Of a DNA stretch of 64,000 bases, positions 37,311 through 50,390 are shown piece after piece; the stretch's first letter is position 1; the number at the start of each line of letters is the position of its first letter. The translations under genes were made by a program, and so were the position numbers. The notes under the pieces are model-generated. The model searched no databases, was not told the DNA's origin, and saw nothing but the letters and a program-made list of their open reading frames with translations. The DNA is taken from assembly GCF_021028975.2 (NCBI RefSeq), contig NC_059427.1, positions 76,260,001-76,324,000 of the forward strand, read 5' to 3'. Source of the DNA: Sphaerodactylus townsendi. Its lineage: Eukaryota.

Positions 37311-40300
37311 ATAGTAACAGTCATTATTGGAGAATAAAGAATAAAGAAAAGAATAAAGAAAAATATGCTTAAGGTAGCTTTCTCAAACTATCAATGGTAG
37401 CATTTCAGTAACAACGGTTTATATGTCTTTTCAATAGCCTTATATTTGATAACATACCTGTGCCTTATTTCCAAGATGTTGTTCCAACCTGATTAAAATA
37501 GTTGAGTACAGTCTACACTAATGACTACAAACAGACCCTCTGCTTCCATTTTACCTCCTTTGTCATTGGTGCTTTTGAATGATGGTCTTATTAATAGCCA
37601 GAAGCATGCCTTAGTTCCTAAACAGACTTCTGGGTGAAAGCTGATCTTTAAGAATTCTTGTGGGCAAATGTGCTATTTCCCACATAACTATGCCTCTAAA
37701 GTTTAAAACAGCTGTTAGCTTATTCCTTCCATCTGACTTTTTCCATCACTCCTGACCACTCTCTTTTTATAAACTGCAGTGGTGGTAACAGAAATAGTAC
37801 ATTGCTCTTTTACTAAATCCAGACGTAAATACATTGCTCTTTTACTAAATCCAGACGTATTCTCTATGAGTTTTCCCCCATTTTTTTCATTGTCTAGCAT
37901 AATATAAAACACTGTATAAATTTGGTACTGACTGTTTTATGAAACTGGATCTTAATCCCTCATAATACTGGACACTTTTTGTACTTTACAGTTCAATCAT
38001 ACACAGAGTTTTTCAGTCTAAGCACATCGAACTTTCCATGGGGTCTCCACTATTTGTCTTCATGAGCCAGATTCTACTTCCTCTGGAGCAGAGGTCCTTG
38101 ATGTGAGCCTGTAGGAGCCATGGTCCCCAATGACAACTTTTCTGATGTTCACCAAGTGTTCTTCAAATGTGGGCAAAGCTAGGTGAGACTTTTGCCCAGC
38201 AGGGTTATGGTGTTGGCCACTGGAGATCTGATTGGCTGGCCAGATTTTTAAAACCATTACTTCGGTAGCATCTGCTGCTGCAGCACAAAGATCTTAACTT
38301 CAGTCATGAACGTAAGCTGTGTGTATGTATACATGAACATATTTTTAAATGATATGTTCATTTGACGATGTATCCTGTTGAACAGAGCTTCTAAAGAGTC
38401 TCTTACAGAGTTATGCATGACCTCATTTCCTGACATTTTGTGGTTGCCTATACCTCATATAGTAGCCATTTCATGGCTAGCCCAGCTTCTTGCAGCAGCT
38501 ATTTTTTAGTTGCAGTGCATCTACCACCCTGTGTCAGAATTCCAAAGGTTCTTGTCAGCTCAAAAAAGTTGAGGATCCCTGCTCCTGAGGAACAGTTTTT
38601 TGTCCCTTGATTATCTCTATTCAACAAAAACAGAACTTGATCCAGTGAGGTAAGTAGGAGTCTCCATGTAGGGCCATCATATTTTAGAGGCATTTCCTTT
38701 AAAATGCCTTATAAAAGTCTTATAGAAACTTAACAAGTTTCTATTGTGTGTGTATACACTACAGTTTTAAGGCAACTGAAAGGGCAGTCCCTGATGGTTT
38801 CTCTCAGAGCCTCATTTTTCTTCTTTTTTCTCTTTACATGGAAACACTACAAACAATTATAAGTACTAAAAAGTAGAAAACAATATGATCAAGGCACCAC
38901 TATGCATGGTCTGTAAACTTATTTCATATTCATTGTTATTTCTAGCTGAACAGATTTTTCAGGTTTCTGAAGCACTATAAAAACAATATCTTCACTATAG
39001 ACAGCGACAGTATGAATGCGCACATCATGGACAACAGTTTGTTAAATCATTTGCAATGTCTGGATTGGGAGGGTGGGACTATCTGTCTACATTCAAAGTG
39101 AGGGAACAAGTATCACTGGCTAAATGCAGGAATGTCTATAGGCTGTTCAAGGCAAAGGAACAAGGCCAGTGAAAAAAGCAGGCCGCCCTATACAGAGCAT
39201 GAACTATCTGCATCTTCTGTGGCAACAAATATAGAAGTTCAGGGAGGAATCCTAAGTGGATCTATTACCCCATAGGGTTTACTCCTTCCAGTAAAGTATC
39301 TTTATGACTGCAGCCTCAACTTCACAAAAGCTTTGAATTAGATTTTGAGGCTAAGTCCTGGACCAGGGATTTCATATTTACATAGGTACATAACATTAAA
39401 AGTGCCATTGGTAGGAATTTGAACAACTTTTGTAGTATTTCGAGTACCAGGTGCAAGAATGAGTTGGAAACGGCAACTCTAGTTGCAGATGACTTTTTAA
39501 ATGCATGGATCTGTTTCTTTTTACAGTTGTTTTTCACCAGCCTTTGTATTGGGGTAAATAGTCACTGCCAAACAACAAAAACAACAAATATATCCAAGCT
39601 TTTAATGATCAAAGACTAATTGCTTCTATTTGCATGCAGGTTATTTTATTATAAAATTAAACCTCTTAGAATCCATATCCCCCTTGAAAAGTGAAAGAAT
39701 TATTTCAGTCCATCCAAATACTTTTCAGGACTGACTGTTTAGCTTCTGGGATCTGATGAAATCAGGCCAGCTTGGGCTATCCAGGCCAGGATAGAGTACC
39801 TCTCACAACTGAGAAATCTCACCCAGCCTCCTTATCTCAGAGACAAGGAAAAATATATTTAGAAATTCTATCCATTAAACCAGCCCACACAAAAGCCAAG
39901 AAAAACAAAACCCAGTGGAGTTCTACCACCAGTGACAAGTGGCAAGGCAGATAGTAGACTGCAGTTAATGCAACCTTTGGGAGCAGAGCTATGCTTAGAA
40001 AATGACTAGTATGGTATTTCTGACAAAATGGAAACATAACCATTTGAACATGCATGGTCAGATTATTGTGACCACCAAAAATATAAAATTATAGTCTGCA
40101 CTCTGGTTGCTTTAGTTGAATAATGGGGTGGGGGTGGGGGGTAGTAGTTTCTTACCATCGTGCCAATTATTTGCATTTATATGCTTAAATCAAAATCTGC
40201 AGGCTCAAGAAGACACAGTTTGTGTACAACCAAACTATAATTTCTACTATCCCTTCTACAGTTCAAATATCCACATCCAATGGAATGTCCACTGCTGCCT

Positions 40301-41220
40301 GATTATCCATGCATATAACCGCAGTGAACTTTATTCCACAGCAATGGCAACTGTTTCAACAGATCTGCAGTGTTATTTATCATCTGTCTCTTCAATGGTA
40401 CATAGAAGAATGGTGATTTTATGCATTTTGTTTCTATAAAATTCAGTCATATGGAATATTTTCCACATGTTTCCCTGCTTGAGGAAGGACAGCTGCTTCA
40501 AGGGCTTGCACATTTTCTTGCCAAAGCAGTTCCCAGTGGTTTAGCAGTACCTTCCTAGGCTTTTCAACTCATATAAAATGAGCAAGTGCCAACTCCCAAC
40601 AACAAATTCCAATCCTGTCCCTCCTAATATTTTAATAGCTCCACAGGATGAAATTATAGAATAAAATCCTTTATGTAAGCAAGACTCCATTATGAATGCC
40701 TGTTTCTGCATTACACTTTCGTGGCACAAGAGCTTCCCCACAAATTGGAGCCTAACTACTAAGAGCAGCCGCTTTGCAGGTCCCATTAGGAACAGGCCCT
40801 TTTGGCATTTTTGAATCACTTTAAAATGGCGGCAGCATCCATGGGTCAGGCATTTGCAAAAACGTGGCACCCTTGATGTCAGCATGTTGTGATCATGTAA
40901 ATGGCTGGCAGACATTCTGGACTATGGCAACATTTCGCACAGTGCTCAGTGGCATTTTCTCCTGAGAGATGAAGAAATTACCTCCGTTTGACCTGACCCA
41001 TTCCTGGGAAAAGATGGAGAAAAAAGTAGGTGCTCAACTATCTGAAAAGGCCCTTTAACACAAGTGCTTGGTAGTGCCCAGCCTATATAAAGAGTGATTT
41101 GTGTTGAATTTCATGCCATACCTCAATTTCTTCTAGGAGTTAGGGTCTCTGAATTGAAATTCTTCCCTCTGGGTCTATCAGTAGGAAGGATGGTTTGAAC
41201 TATGACCTGGATATCCCGCA

Positions 41221-41410
41221 GGCCATCCTGATCTAGCCAGATCTCAGATGCTAAGCAGTGTCAGCCATGGATGGGCAACTTGCCAGGAATACCAGAGTCC
41301 TGACGCTAGGGCAGGCAACAGCAACAGCAAACCACCTCTAAAAATCTCTTGCCTTGAAAACCCGACAGGGCCACCATAAGGCAGCTATGATTTGATGGCA
41401 CAAAAAAAAA
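41221..41410 (+). mobile_element. 5S rRNA-derived SINE with RTE-like tail (related copies at ~56140-56320 minus, ~58345-58495 and ~16235-16310)
   Basis: Head CCTGATCTAGCCAGATCTCAGATGCTAAGCAG resembles the 5S rRNA internal region; tail GCAAACCACCTCT...CTTGCCTTGAAAACCC...TTGATGGCAC(A)n. Confidence 0.65.
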
Positions 41411-42656
41411 GGATCTTCCTGTAAATGCTCAAAGTATCATTCTTTTAATTTTTTCTTCATATTGCCCAGTGTGAATTCCTAGAACTCCAAACAGGTTCTG
41501 AGAGTGTCCAGCATGCCATCTAAAAGAGCACTCCAGTGTTATGAACTTGTCTTGAGGATGTGGCACTTGACTCCCTCTCTGCTGACAGTAACAGAAACAA
41601 ACATTCTATATAAAACGAAACTGTTCTCCAAAGGTGCCAGGGATTTTTATAGCCCATTTTTCTTGAACCAACACCAATAGTTGATACATCCAAGTAATTC
41701 TCTGAATTGCTGTATGTCTTTAACAGTTATCCTTCTCTGTCAGTCTGGGTTTTTTTTAAATTAGAGAACGTTTTCCTCCCTTTCATTTTCAAGTGAAATT
41801 TGCAAATGCCGATCCTCTATCTGAGTTTTCTGGGTTAGTTCTGCTGCGTGATCTGATCCTTGACGAAGTGCCACGTGAGCAAAATGGATTGTCCTTCAAC
41901 CTCCTGCCAGCATGATGCAGCAAATTGTTGCGTTCTGCTAGCACAGCAGCACCAAACAAAGCTGCATTGTGACCGCGAAAGATAGTCAGGATCCCAGCTG
42001 TGCTAGTCCAGCTGTTCTGTGGCTATTGCACAGCAAGGGTTAGAAGGGGGTGGAGAAGTAGGCATGCATCATAGGAAGGAAAGGAGAGATGTAGCCAAGT
42101 GGTCTGGCACAGTCCTTGTTTCACTAATGTGAATCAAACCCTGTTCTGTGAATCGCGGTGAAGTGGTCTTCATCACGCCCAGCCACTTTTGATCTCTCAA
42201 AGCCACCTCTCTTCCTGGCAGAATGGGATACCCATTTATTAGTAAGACTAGCGGTGCTATCCTAAGCAGAATTTTATATTTCCAAGTTTGCTTAGGGCGT
42301 GTGTAGATCTGATTAGGATGGTTTGTAAAGGTGCAGAGTTACTCCAGAGTTAGCTACTCCATGCAGAATTAGTCCCAGTCTTCTCCAGAGTTCCCCAAAC
42401 TCTTCCAGTTTAAATTTCAAACTCCCCCACTTAAGCCCATTCTTATCCTGTCTACATCCAGTTGCTCCAGTCTAAGATCCTGAGTTACTCCATGCAGAGG
42501 TATTCCTGTCTAAGACCATTGATTAATCTTAGTGGGTCTAGAGTCCAAAACTGATTCCACATTACACAGATCAATTATCTTGAATGAAATGGTATCTTCA
42601 GATGGTGAACTCCATGGCATCACATTCCTTATGAGTTCCCTCCACTCTCCTAGCAA

Positions 42657-42947
42657 GCATAGTGTAGTGGTAAAGAGCAGGTAGACTCTAATCTCGAGAA
42701 TTGGGTTTGATTCCCCACTCCTTTACATGAGCAGCAAATCTTATCTGGTGAACCAGATTAGCTTCCCCACTTCTACATTCCTGCTGGGTGATCATGGGCT
42801 AGTCATAGTTCTTCAGAACTCTCTCAGCCCCACCTACATCACAAGGTGTCTGCTGTATGGAGAGAAAGGAAAAGGAGTTTGTAAGTCCCTTTAAATCTCC
42901 TTACAGGAGAGAAAGAAGTGGGGTACAAATCCAAACTCTTCTTCTTC
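42657..42947 (+). mobile_element. tRNA-derived squamate SINE
   Basis: A box (TGTAGTGGT), B-box-like GGTTTGATTCCC and a (CTT)n tail. Confidence 0.8.
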
Positions 42948-43819
42948 CTACCTCTGCCCTTCTCTGGCACTACCCCAGATCTCTAGGAATTTCCCAAGCT
43001 AGAGTTGGCAACCCTAAATAGCTGTAGTATTTTTGGATGATATATCTGAAAGTAAGTTCCAGTAATAGTTTTGACCTGGTTTTATAATTGGGATCTTTCA
43101 ATAACCATAGAGAAGCGATACAAGAATCAAAGATATACAGATGATGCTCATAGTAATTTGGTACTTGTGAAATAGCACTGCTAACGTCCGGAAGAATTAA
43201 ATGCATGGTATATTTAGCCAAATCCCTTGGCCTCTCCCTGTTAAATTATCTGAATAGGCTGAAGAATATTTTAGGTATAGCATACTCTGTGCACAGCTGG
43301 CCAGTCAAAGAATATTTTATTTTTGTACAGGGGGTTTCCTCTGATACACAGCAAAGCTCAAATTACTAGAAGCCAAAATACTATCATATAGCATATGAAA
43401 TTATATTGGGCTTTCTAATTTTATAATCTATTAAAGCTTCTTTAGAATGCAAACGTTAAAGGACTAAAGATGTGAAGATTATCTCTCCATATTTTGGTTA
43501 CATTATCACTGTTTAAATGGGATCATCTGACAAAATGGGGAACCTTGGAATGTTGGGAGCTGGGTTGCTGGGCTGATTTTAGCATGAGACCTTGGGGTGG
43601 AATCTGGCTCAAGGTCAGGAGAACATCCCAGAGAGAAGGCAGAATACAGGCCCCTGGTTTTCAGCAGGGACATGGGTCCGAAGTCTGTCTTTTCATCCTC
43701 AAGGGCTTCACAAGAGTGAGGATTGGGGTTGGGGGGGGGATTGGGGGGGGGGGAAACAAGCCTTGTTCTTTGTTTGTCTGGCAACTGCCTTTAAATCACA
43801 ATTGCAACAACAGTTGGCC

Positions 43820-43822
<3 letters not shown>

Positions 43823-43874
<52 letters not shown>
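43823..43874. repeat. (GT)n microsatellite
   Basis: Read directly from the sequence. Confidence 0.95.
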
Positions 43875-43880
<6 letters not shown>

Positions 43881-45038
43881 AGTGGGTCGACAACCCTGTT
43901 TGAAAGATTGGACATCTACTATGCATGCCTTGAAACATTGGACCCAGTGGTAGAAGATATTCAGTAATTATACTCCACACAAACAGTTATAGATATAGTT
44001 CCTACTTTGGGGAAATAGTCATTTAGGTATGCTTTTACAAACATTATTGTTTCTTGGTGCTTTATTGGAAATATGTTTTTTTTAAAAAAAGGAATCAGCA
44101 TGTATATCTGAAGAAGAATATTTGAAACTGAAGTAGAATATTTGAACCAGGAGCAGGCAGTTCCTCCACCCCGTCAGTCAGTGGCAGCAGAGGCCCAGGA
44201 TGGCTCTGCTGCTCCCCTCACCTGCTGTGGAGGGTGAGCTGGAGGGCCACTGTGTCCAGAAGAGCTAAGACGGAGGCACCACTGCTTACCTCTTAGGTCC
44301 CATGATAGGTGGCTCTGCTTGGCTCCTCTGTACCCAACCCAACAGATGGAGCCTAGCCAGCAATACCCCACCTGCCTACCATTGGGGGAATTGCATGGCC
44401 TTTGCCCTCCACCACCACCCTGAAAGCCTGGCTGGGGGGTGGGCGGGCTCTACAGCTTACCTGCCTACATACTCTCCTGTTGCCTGCTTCTGCCTTGCTT
44501 TTCCCCCCAATGCCTGATTTCTCTCCACCCTGAGTTTCTGCTAACACAGAGGCCATAAGTCTCTGCCTCCTGGCCCCAACTTCACCTTCCCTGGCCTGAT
44601 GTTGGGGGGGGGGGGATGCCCTTCACATGACCCATACAAGTAGCGGCTGGGGAGAGAACCCTCTATCACCCCCTCCAAGAACTACTTCTGCTCTCTGGGA
44701 GACAAGAAAAACAAAATATCTGTGTGGAGCAGCCTCACTCAAGTAAATGTCAAATCACTCAGACCTACCAAGACTTTTTGGGATCATTAAGCAAGAAAAA
44801 ACAAGTTCTTTCACACTGGATACAAACAGTAGTTTTTATAAGAAATGAAAGTAGTCTGAGAGAGGTTATATATCTGTTTGTTTTATTGTCTTCTTTAGTC
44901 AAATATGTTTTTCAGACTTCATTCAATACAAAGTCTACTTATTATAGGCAAAAGTGAAATGAGTATATACACCACAGTGATCTCTTTTCTTTTCAAACCT
45001 CTTTCAAGCCTCTGAACAAATTACTAGCTGCACTGTCA

Positions 45039-45340
45039 AAGGCTTTCCTGGCAGGAATCAACTGAGTGCTGTGGGTTTTCCAGGTAGCGGGGCTGTGGTC
45101 TGGTAGTTTTTGCTCCTAATGTTTTGTCCACATCTATGGTTGGCATCTTCAGAGACATGTCAGGGTAAGATGTGTTGCTCTCTGTTGCACACAGAGAAGC
45201 ACATCTTGCCAAGACACGCCTCTGAGCTAGCCATAGATAATGGTGAAATGTTAGGAGCAAACACTACCAGACCAGGTTGCAGACCAGGCCCCACAGAGAA
45301 CCCACTACCAGACCACGGCCCCACAGAAAACCCACAACAC
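45039..45340. mobile_element. Older inverted pair of Penelope pseudo-LTRs with degenerate hammerhead motifs
   Basis: Diverged copies of the CTGAAGATGCC...AAAC..TAGGAGCAAA..ACTACCAGACCAC motif on both strands. Confidence 0.7.
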
Positions 45341-46109
45341 TCAAATTATCAGCTCTCTCTAGTTTTGGATATCAAGAGAGAAGCCCAGATCAGTCTTTGG
45401 AGGGCCAGTGGGTTTCAAAGGATACAATGGTGCAGTGTTTGCCAGGAAGAACTTGAGTTCAAATTTTCCATCAGTTGCAAATTATTTCTGAAGTCTTTCT
45501 CAACATTATGAGTCAAGGCTGAAATATTTTTCTTAGCATCATAAATATGAACAAATGGAATAAAAGATATCACACTGCAGTGTTTCAGAAAATAATATTG
45601 TTTCATGCTTTCTTCTTTTTAGGAGTAAGATGTTCCAGGGCAGTATTGTCACAATACATTTTCTTAAAAGAGACTACTGGAGATTTATTGTATCTTCTGT
45701 AATAGATTGCCTCTTTCCATCTGGACAGATGGAGAGAGGCCAGAACAGAAGTGCTAGTTGTCCTCAAGAAATATTAGCCCTCAACTTTACCAATATGGGT
45801 ATGGTTTCCAACCTGCAGGCAGTGGCTGGAGATCTCTTGCTATTACAACTACTCTCTGGCAACAGAGATCAGTACACCTGGAGAAAATGGTCACTTTGGA
45901 AGATGAACTCTGTGGTAAATCCCACTCTCCTCTAGCTCCACCCCCAAATCTCCAGGTATTTCCCAACATGGAGCTGGCAACCCTAGTTACATACCAGGTC
46001 AATGGTACCAACAGTGAGGATTGGCCAATCCATTGCTACCTCATGCAAACTGGCAACAGTGAGGTAGGACACCGGGGACAAACATAATTACTACTGAAGG
46101 GTCCAAGCC

Positions 46110-46244
46110 TGGGGTCTGTAACCTGTGGCTCTCCAGATGTTAACGGACTACAAATTCCATCACCCCCTCCCAGCATGGCCAATTGGCAGGGGCTGATGGG
46201 AATTGTAGTCCATGAAATCTGGAGAGCCACAAGTTGCAGACCCC
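46110..46244. mobile_element. Palindromic hAT-type MITE (half copy at ~56590-56672)
   Basis: GGGGTCTGTAACCTGTGGCTCTCCAGATG ... ATCTGGAGAGCCACAAGTTGCAGACCCC inverted arms. Confidence 0.8.
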
Positions 46245-47853
46245 AAGTAGCCCCTGAGGCTTGGCTTCTCTTGCTCCTGGCCAGCAACAGCCCACCATGC
46301 TAATTTTCCTGTATGTTAAATGGCCATTCCATCCTGGTCTATCTACTTCTTATCAAACTTATCTAGCAACTTCCAAATTTAGGTTGTTTTTCCTCTGCTG
46401 ATATTGGAAAAAATGTTCCCTTCAGATATCTCCTCCCCCCTTCCAGAAGATGGAGTGTGATACAGTGGCTTACAACAACCACTACAACCACAGTGTCCAC
46501 AATAAAATGTTAGGTGATGCATAAAAGTGTAAAGCAAATGCGATACTTGTTTTGCATAAATTAGGAACATATTGACAACCATATATACCTGTTCCTGTTT
46601 AGACATTTGAACACCTTTGTTTCAAAGCACATGGGCAGTGTTTTTAAAGGTAGTGGTGGTTCCTTGTGCAAGCACTAGGTCATCATTGACCCATGGGGTT
46701 ATGTCACATCACACATCCCACATTATTAGATAGTTTAAAAATTCAACCTCTATGTTAGATGATGCATAGGAGCTCCTAAGTTTAAAAGCAGAAAGAATAC
46801 ATTTAATTACAGAGTGTGATTCCCTTATCACCACCAGCCAAGAAAAATAAAAGTTGAAAATCTCGCAGACAGACATTGTTATATATAACATTCTTAGTTT
46901 ATCGTGAGACTCAGGCATTTTCTATGCAAGAACAGGCTTGTTGCTAGGATAGTATAGCAGCAATGAGGTTTCCACATGTTAGGTTCCTCCATGCATTAGG
47001 AGAGTGCCAGAAGATTATGGTATCCTCAGGGAGGTATAGGGAATTCACAAGGTTGCTCTTACTGCTCACACTTTGTTCTTTCTCTGAACTCCTGACTGCA
47101 TGCAGGCTGTAGCCGGATGTTGATTAGGTCTTGGCAGTTATATGCCTAACCGAAGATACTTAAGGCATACTTTAGATAAGAACTGCTGTTAACAGAGAGG
47201 GTGTCAGACAGTGTTGCCTTTAAACTTGAGAGCAGAGCTTGGAGTGGTGAACTCACCCCAAAGGTTCCTGCCCCAATCCCCTGGCAGCAGCTATCTCCCT
47301 ACCCTATCCCACTCCATTCCACTCAGGCAGCAGAAGATAACCATGGTGAAGACAAGGACAGGAAAAATGGCTACACTGGAAAATCTAAACTTCCCCCACC
47401 CCCATGGCAGTTATACTGTGGGTTTGATCAGTTGGGTCTCTGCAAGTGGTAGCACTCTCAGGCGTGGACAGAGAGGTTTGAGCATCCACAAAAGATGGAA
47501 TAAGAACACAAGCATGCACCTAGAAGCCCAGTCATTTCAGTAAGCTCCCCTCACCCTTAAATAAATGGCTAGGACAGCTGCTCCATTTGCTTTAGAAGCA
47601 GCACTTGGATTTATCTTGTCCAGGTTTACCTGGGGCCAGAATCCTGCAAAGGATTTAATCCATTATGATCTGGACAACACAAAATCCTTCACTTCCAGCA
47701 GGAACAAATCTGCTGCCTCCACCAATCCTTCCAGGTAGGACTGGATTCTGGTGAACTTGTGGACTGAGTCCTGAACTGGTGCTTTCTTGCCCCAAGGATG
47801 GACAGACAGAAGTTCTAGCACAGGAGCTCCCACTGCAGACTCCTCAGAAAATC

Positions 47854-48069
47854 AGTGTGCTGTAGTGGTTAAAAGCAGCAGACTCTAATCTGGAGATCTG
47901 AGTTTGATACCCCGTTTCTCCACATGTAGCCTGCTGGATGACCTTAGGCTAGTCACAGTTCTTCCTGAAGTCTCTCAGTCACACTTACCTTACAAGGTGT
48001 GGGTAAGATGGCGATTGAGACTCCTTAAGGTAGAGGAAATTAGGGTATAAAAACTACTTTTCTTCTTCT
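47854..48069 (+). mobile_element. tRNA-derived squamate SINE (same family as 42657-42947)
   Basis: TGTAGTGGTTAA..AGACTCTAATCTGGAG..GTTTGATACCCC and a (CTT)n tail. Confidence 0.75.
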
Positions 48070-49464
48070 CAAGGGCATGTTTGGATTTTCCAGTGTAGCC
48101 ATTTTTCCTGACGGTGTCGTCAGTGCTCCCACTGAAGTTTCTCAGGAGGCAAGTTATGGCATCTGCCCTGGAGAGGTCTTATGAAATTTCCTGCTGTCCC
48201 CCAGGCAGGGTTGCCAGATTTCCCCCCACCCTTCATACCACTGGTGGGGAATGGGGAATAGGGCTTCCAGATCCAGGTAAGGAGATCCTGGACATTTGAG
48301 GATATAGCCTGGGTTGGACAGGGTCTCAGTTGGGCATAATACCATAGCCTCTATCCTCTAAAGCATCCATTTTCTTCAGGGAAATTGATCTCTATATTTT
48401 GGAGATGGCTTGGAGAAGCCAGGAAAACCCCAGAAGGTGTGCCATAATGCTGTGGGGAAGCAGGAAAAAATAAGCACTCTCCAACAGTGTCAACACAGGG
48501 GCGAGTAACCCAAGTGGAAATGACTTAAAAAAAAATGTCTGGAGACACAGAACCACTATATTACAGATGATATTTTATATAAAAAGCATCAGCTCAGACT
48601 ATCCTTTTACCAGCATGTTTTATAAGAATTTCAGCACATCAGGAGAGCTGTCGAAATATAGAGTGAGACAGAAAAATCATTATTTTTAGCTAGTGTACTT
48701 TTCTTCTAAACAAATCCTTTATTCTCCTCCACTCTGGTTGATTGATATACATTCCATTACTCCTAATCAATGTGCATATAAATTTTCAAACCACCTCTCT
48801 TTTGAATGTTTTTGCTCGTTGCTTTCCTACACACCATCACTTTGTTGACATGGAAGGAGAAAGACAGAGATCAATCTTCTTCTTGAGGGTTTGAATAGGT
48901 AAATATCGAGGTTTTTTTAGGTTTTTGCAAAAGTGTTTTCAAATGTAACAGCTAAATACACATCCACCCAAATTCTTTTTGAAAAAGAGTGAAATAAAGT
49001 CTCAGGGATTTTAGTAGAATTTAATCAATGCTTAAGGTAATGGCCTCATGATTTGGAGTCAGAGCTCCCAATGAATGGAAGTCTCTTTTACTTCAGGGTC
49101 TGTTGATCATTTCTGTATGCTAACAAATGCACAGAGCTTACCCAGACAATACTGGAAAGGGAGAATGCCCAAGCCACTATTGAAAACACCTCATGCTTCT
49201 ACAGTTCATATAATTTTCTCTTTCCAGCCACCTTACTGGATGGTGCCCATGATAGTGGCTGGGGATCCTGGACGGCATAGAGTTATTGCAAAGAGTCTGC
49301 AAATTTATACGTGCATGAAGCATTGTCATTTTTGTTATTATGTATTTTACTAATCAAAGAATACTAATAGTAAATCTACTATCATGTGGGGGATCCACAC
49401 ATTTTTGATGTTAAAAAGGGTTTTTTTTCTCACAAAGGTTGGGAGCAACTAGCCTATGATATCA

Positions 49465-49516
49465 CAAACAAACAAACAAACAAACAAACAAACAAACAAA
49501 CAAACAAACAAACAAC
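49465..49516. repeat. (AAAC)n microsatellite
   Basis: Read directly from the sequence. Confidence 0.95.
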
Positions 49517-49551
49517 CTCTTACTCAGTAAAATGACATTGCTCTGGCACAA

Positions 49552-50390
49552 AGGCCAAATTCTCACTGAAATGCAAAAAGTTGGTTGGGTCGTTTCTGCG
49601 CTGTGCAAATATCCAGGGTTGAGCAAGGGAAATATCCCGGTTTGGCCAAGAAGTTCGCACAGTTCCCGGTCCTAAACCAGGTTTGTCCCACAATATTTCC
49701 CTCATCCCAGGATTTTCAAAAATTGCCAATTTGGCAATTCTTTTAAAAAATCATGTTCTGAACCCGCTAACACCACGGGAGCAGAACCAGTTTATTCCTG
49801 CCCCCCTGATCTCACCCCCTGACATCATGTCAGTTTTCAACTCTGCTGAAACGTTCCCCTAAGCACATTTTCTGCTTCTGGTATCAACCGGGTGCCATTT
49901 TGCCTGGGTTAATCAGGAGTGGAGTACCCAAATGTCCCCGTTTTCTTTTCTGTACATGTACTGGTTGCTCAGAGTACTTAGCTAGGGAAATGTGCACTTT
50001 GGGGGGAAAGTGAACATGAGTGGGAATATGATGCGATGCTGTGCACCATTGTTTTTGGCTGCCGCTTGCCATGATGAGGCCTGTGCCTGGCCCTGCCCAG
50101 AACTGGAAAAGAGGGGCTTTGTTTTCCTCCGCTGCTGCCCCCAAACAACAGCTAATCAGAACGCAGGACACCAGGGATGTTTGTGCATGTGCATTCTTGT
50201 GCATTCTTGTGGTGTAAGTGCAAAAGACCGGGCTTGTGTGAAACAACTTGGAGTATTTCCTCCTGATCTTCTCTCAGTTTTTTCACAGAAATGGGCAGCC
50301 ATGCAAAGGGAGAAACCGTGATAAAATAGACCTGGATTGTAAGATACCGATTGTAACCCAGTATACTGGTGCTGTGCAGAAACGGTTTTG
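49552..50390 (+). mobile_element. Dispersed repeat (Harbinger-like), copy 2
   Basis: Colinear similarity to 31410-32030. Confidence 0.7.

Noticed and set aside
41221-41300. 5S rRNA gene
   Set aside because: Partial, diverged and fused to a LINE-type tail, so a SINE head. The tRNA-like heads at 42657 and 47854 are likewise SINEs, not tRNA genes.
41800-42250. Possible conserved enhancer (CpG-retaining, non-repetitive, with an E-box)
   Set aside because: Cannot be supported without cross-species alignment.
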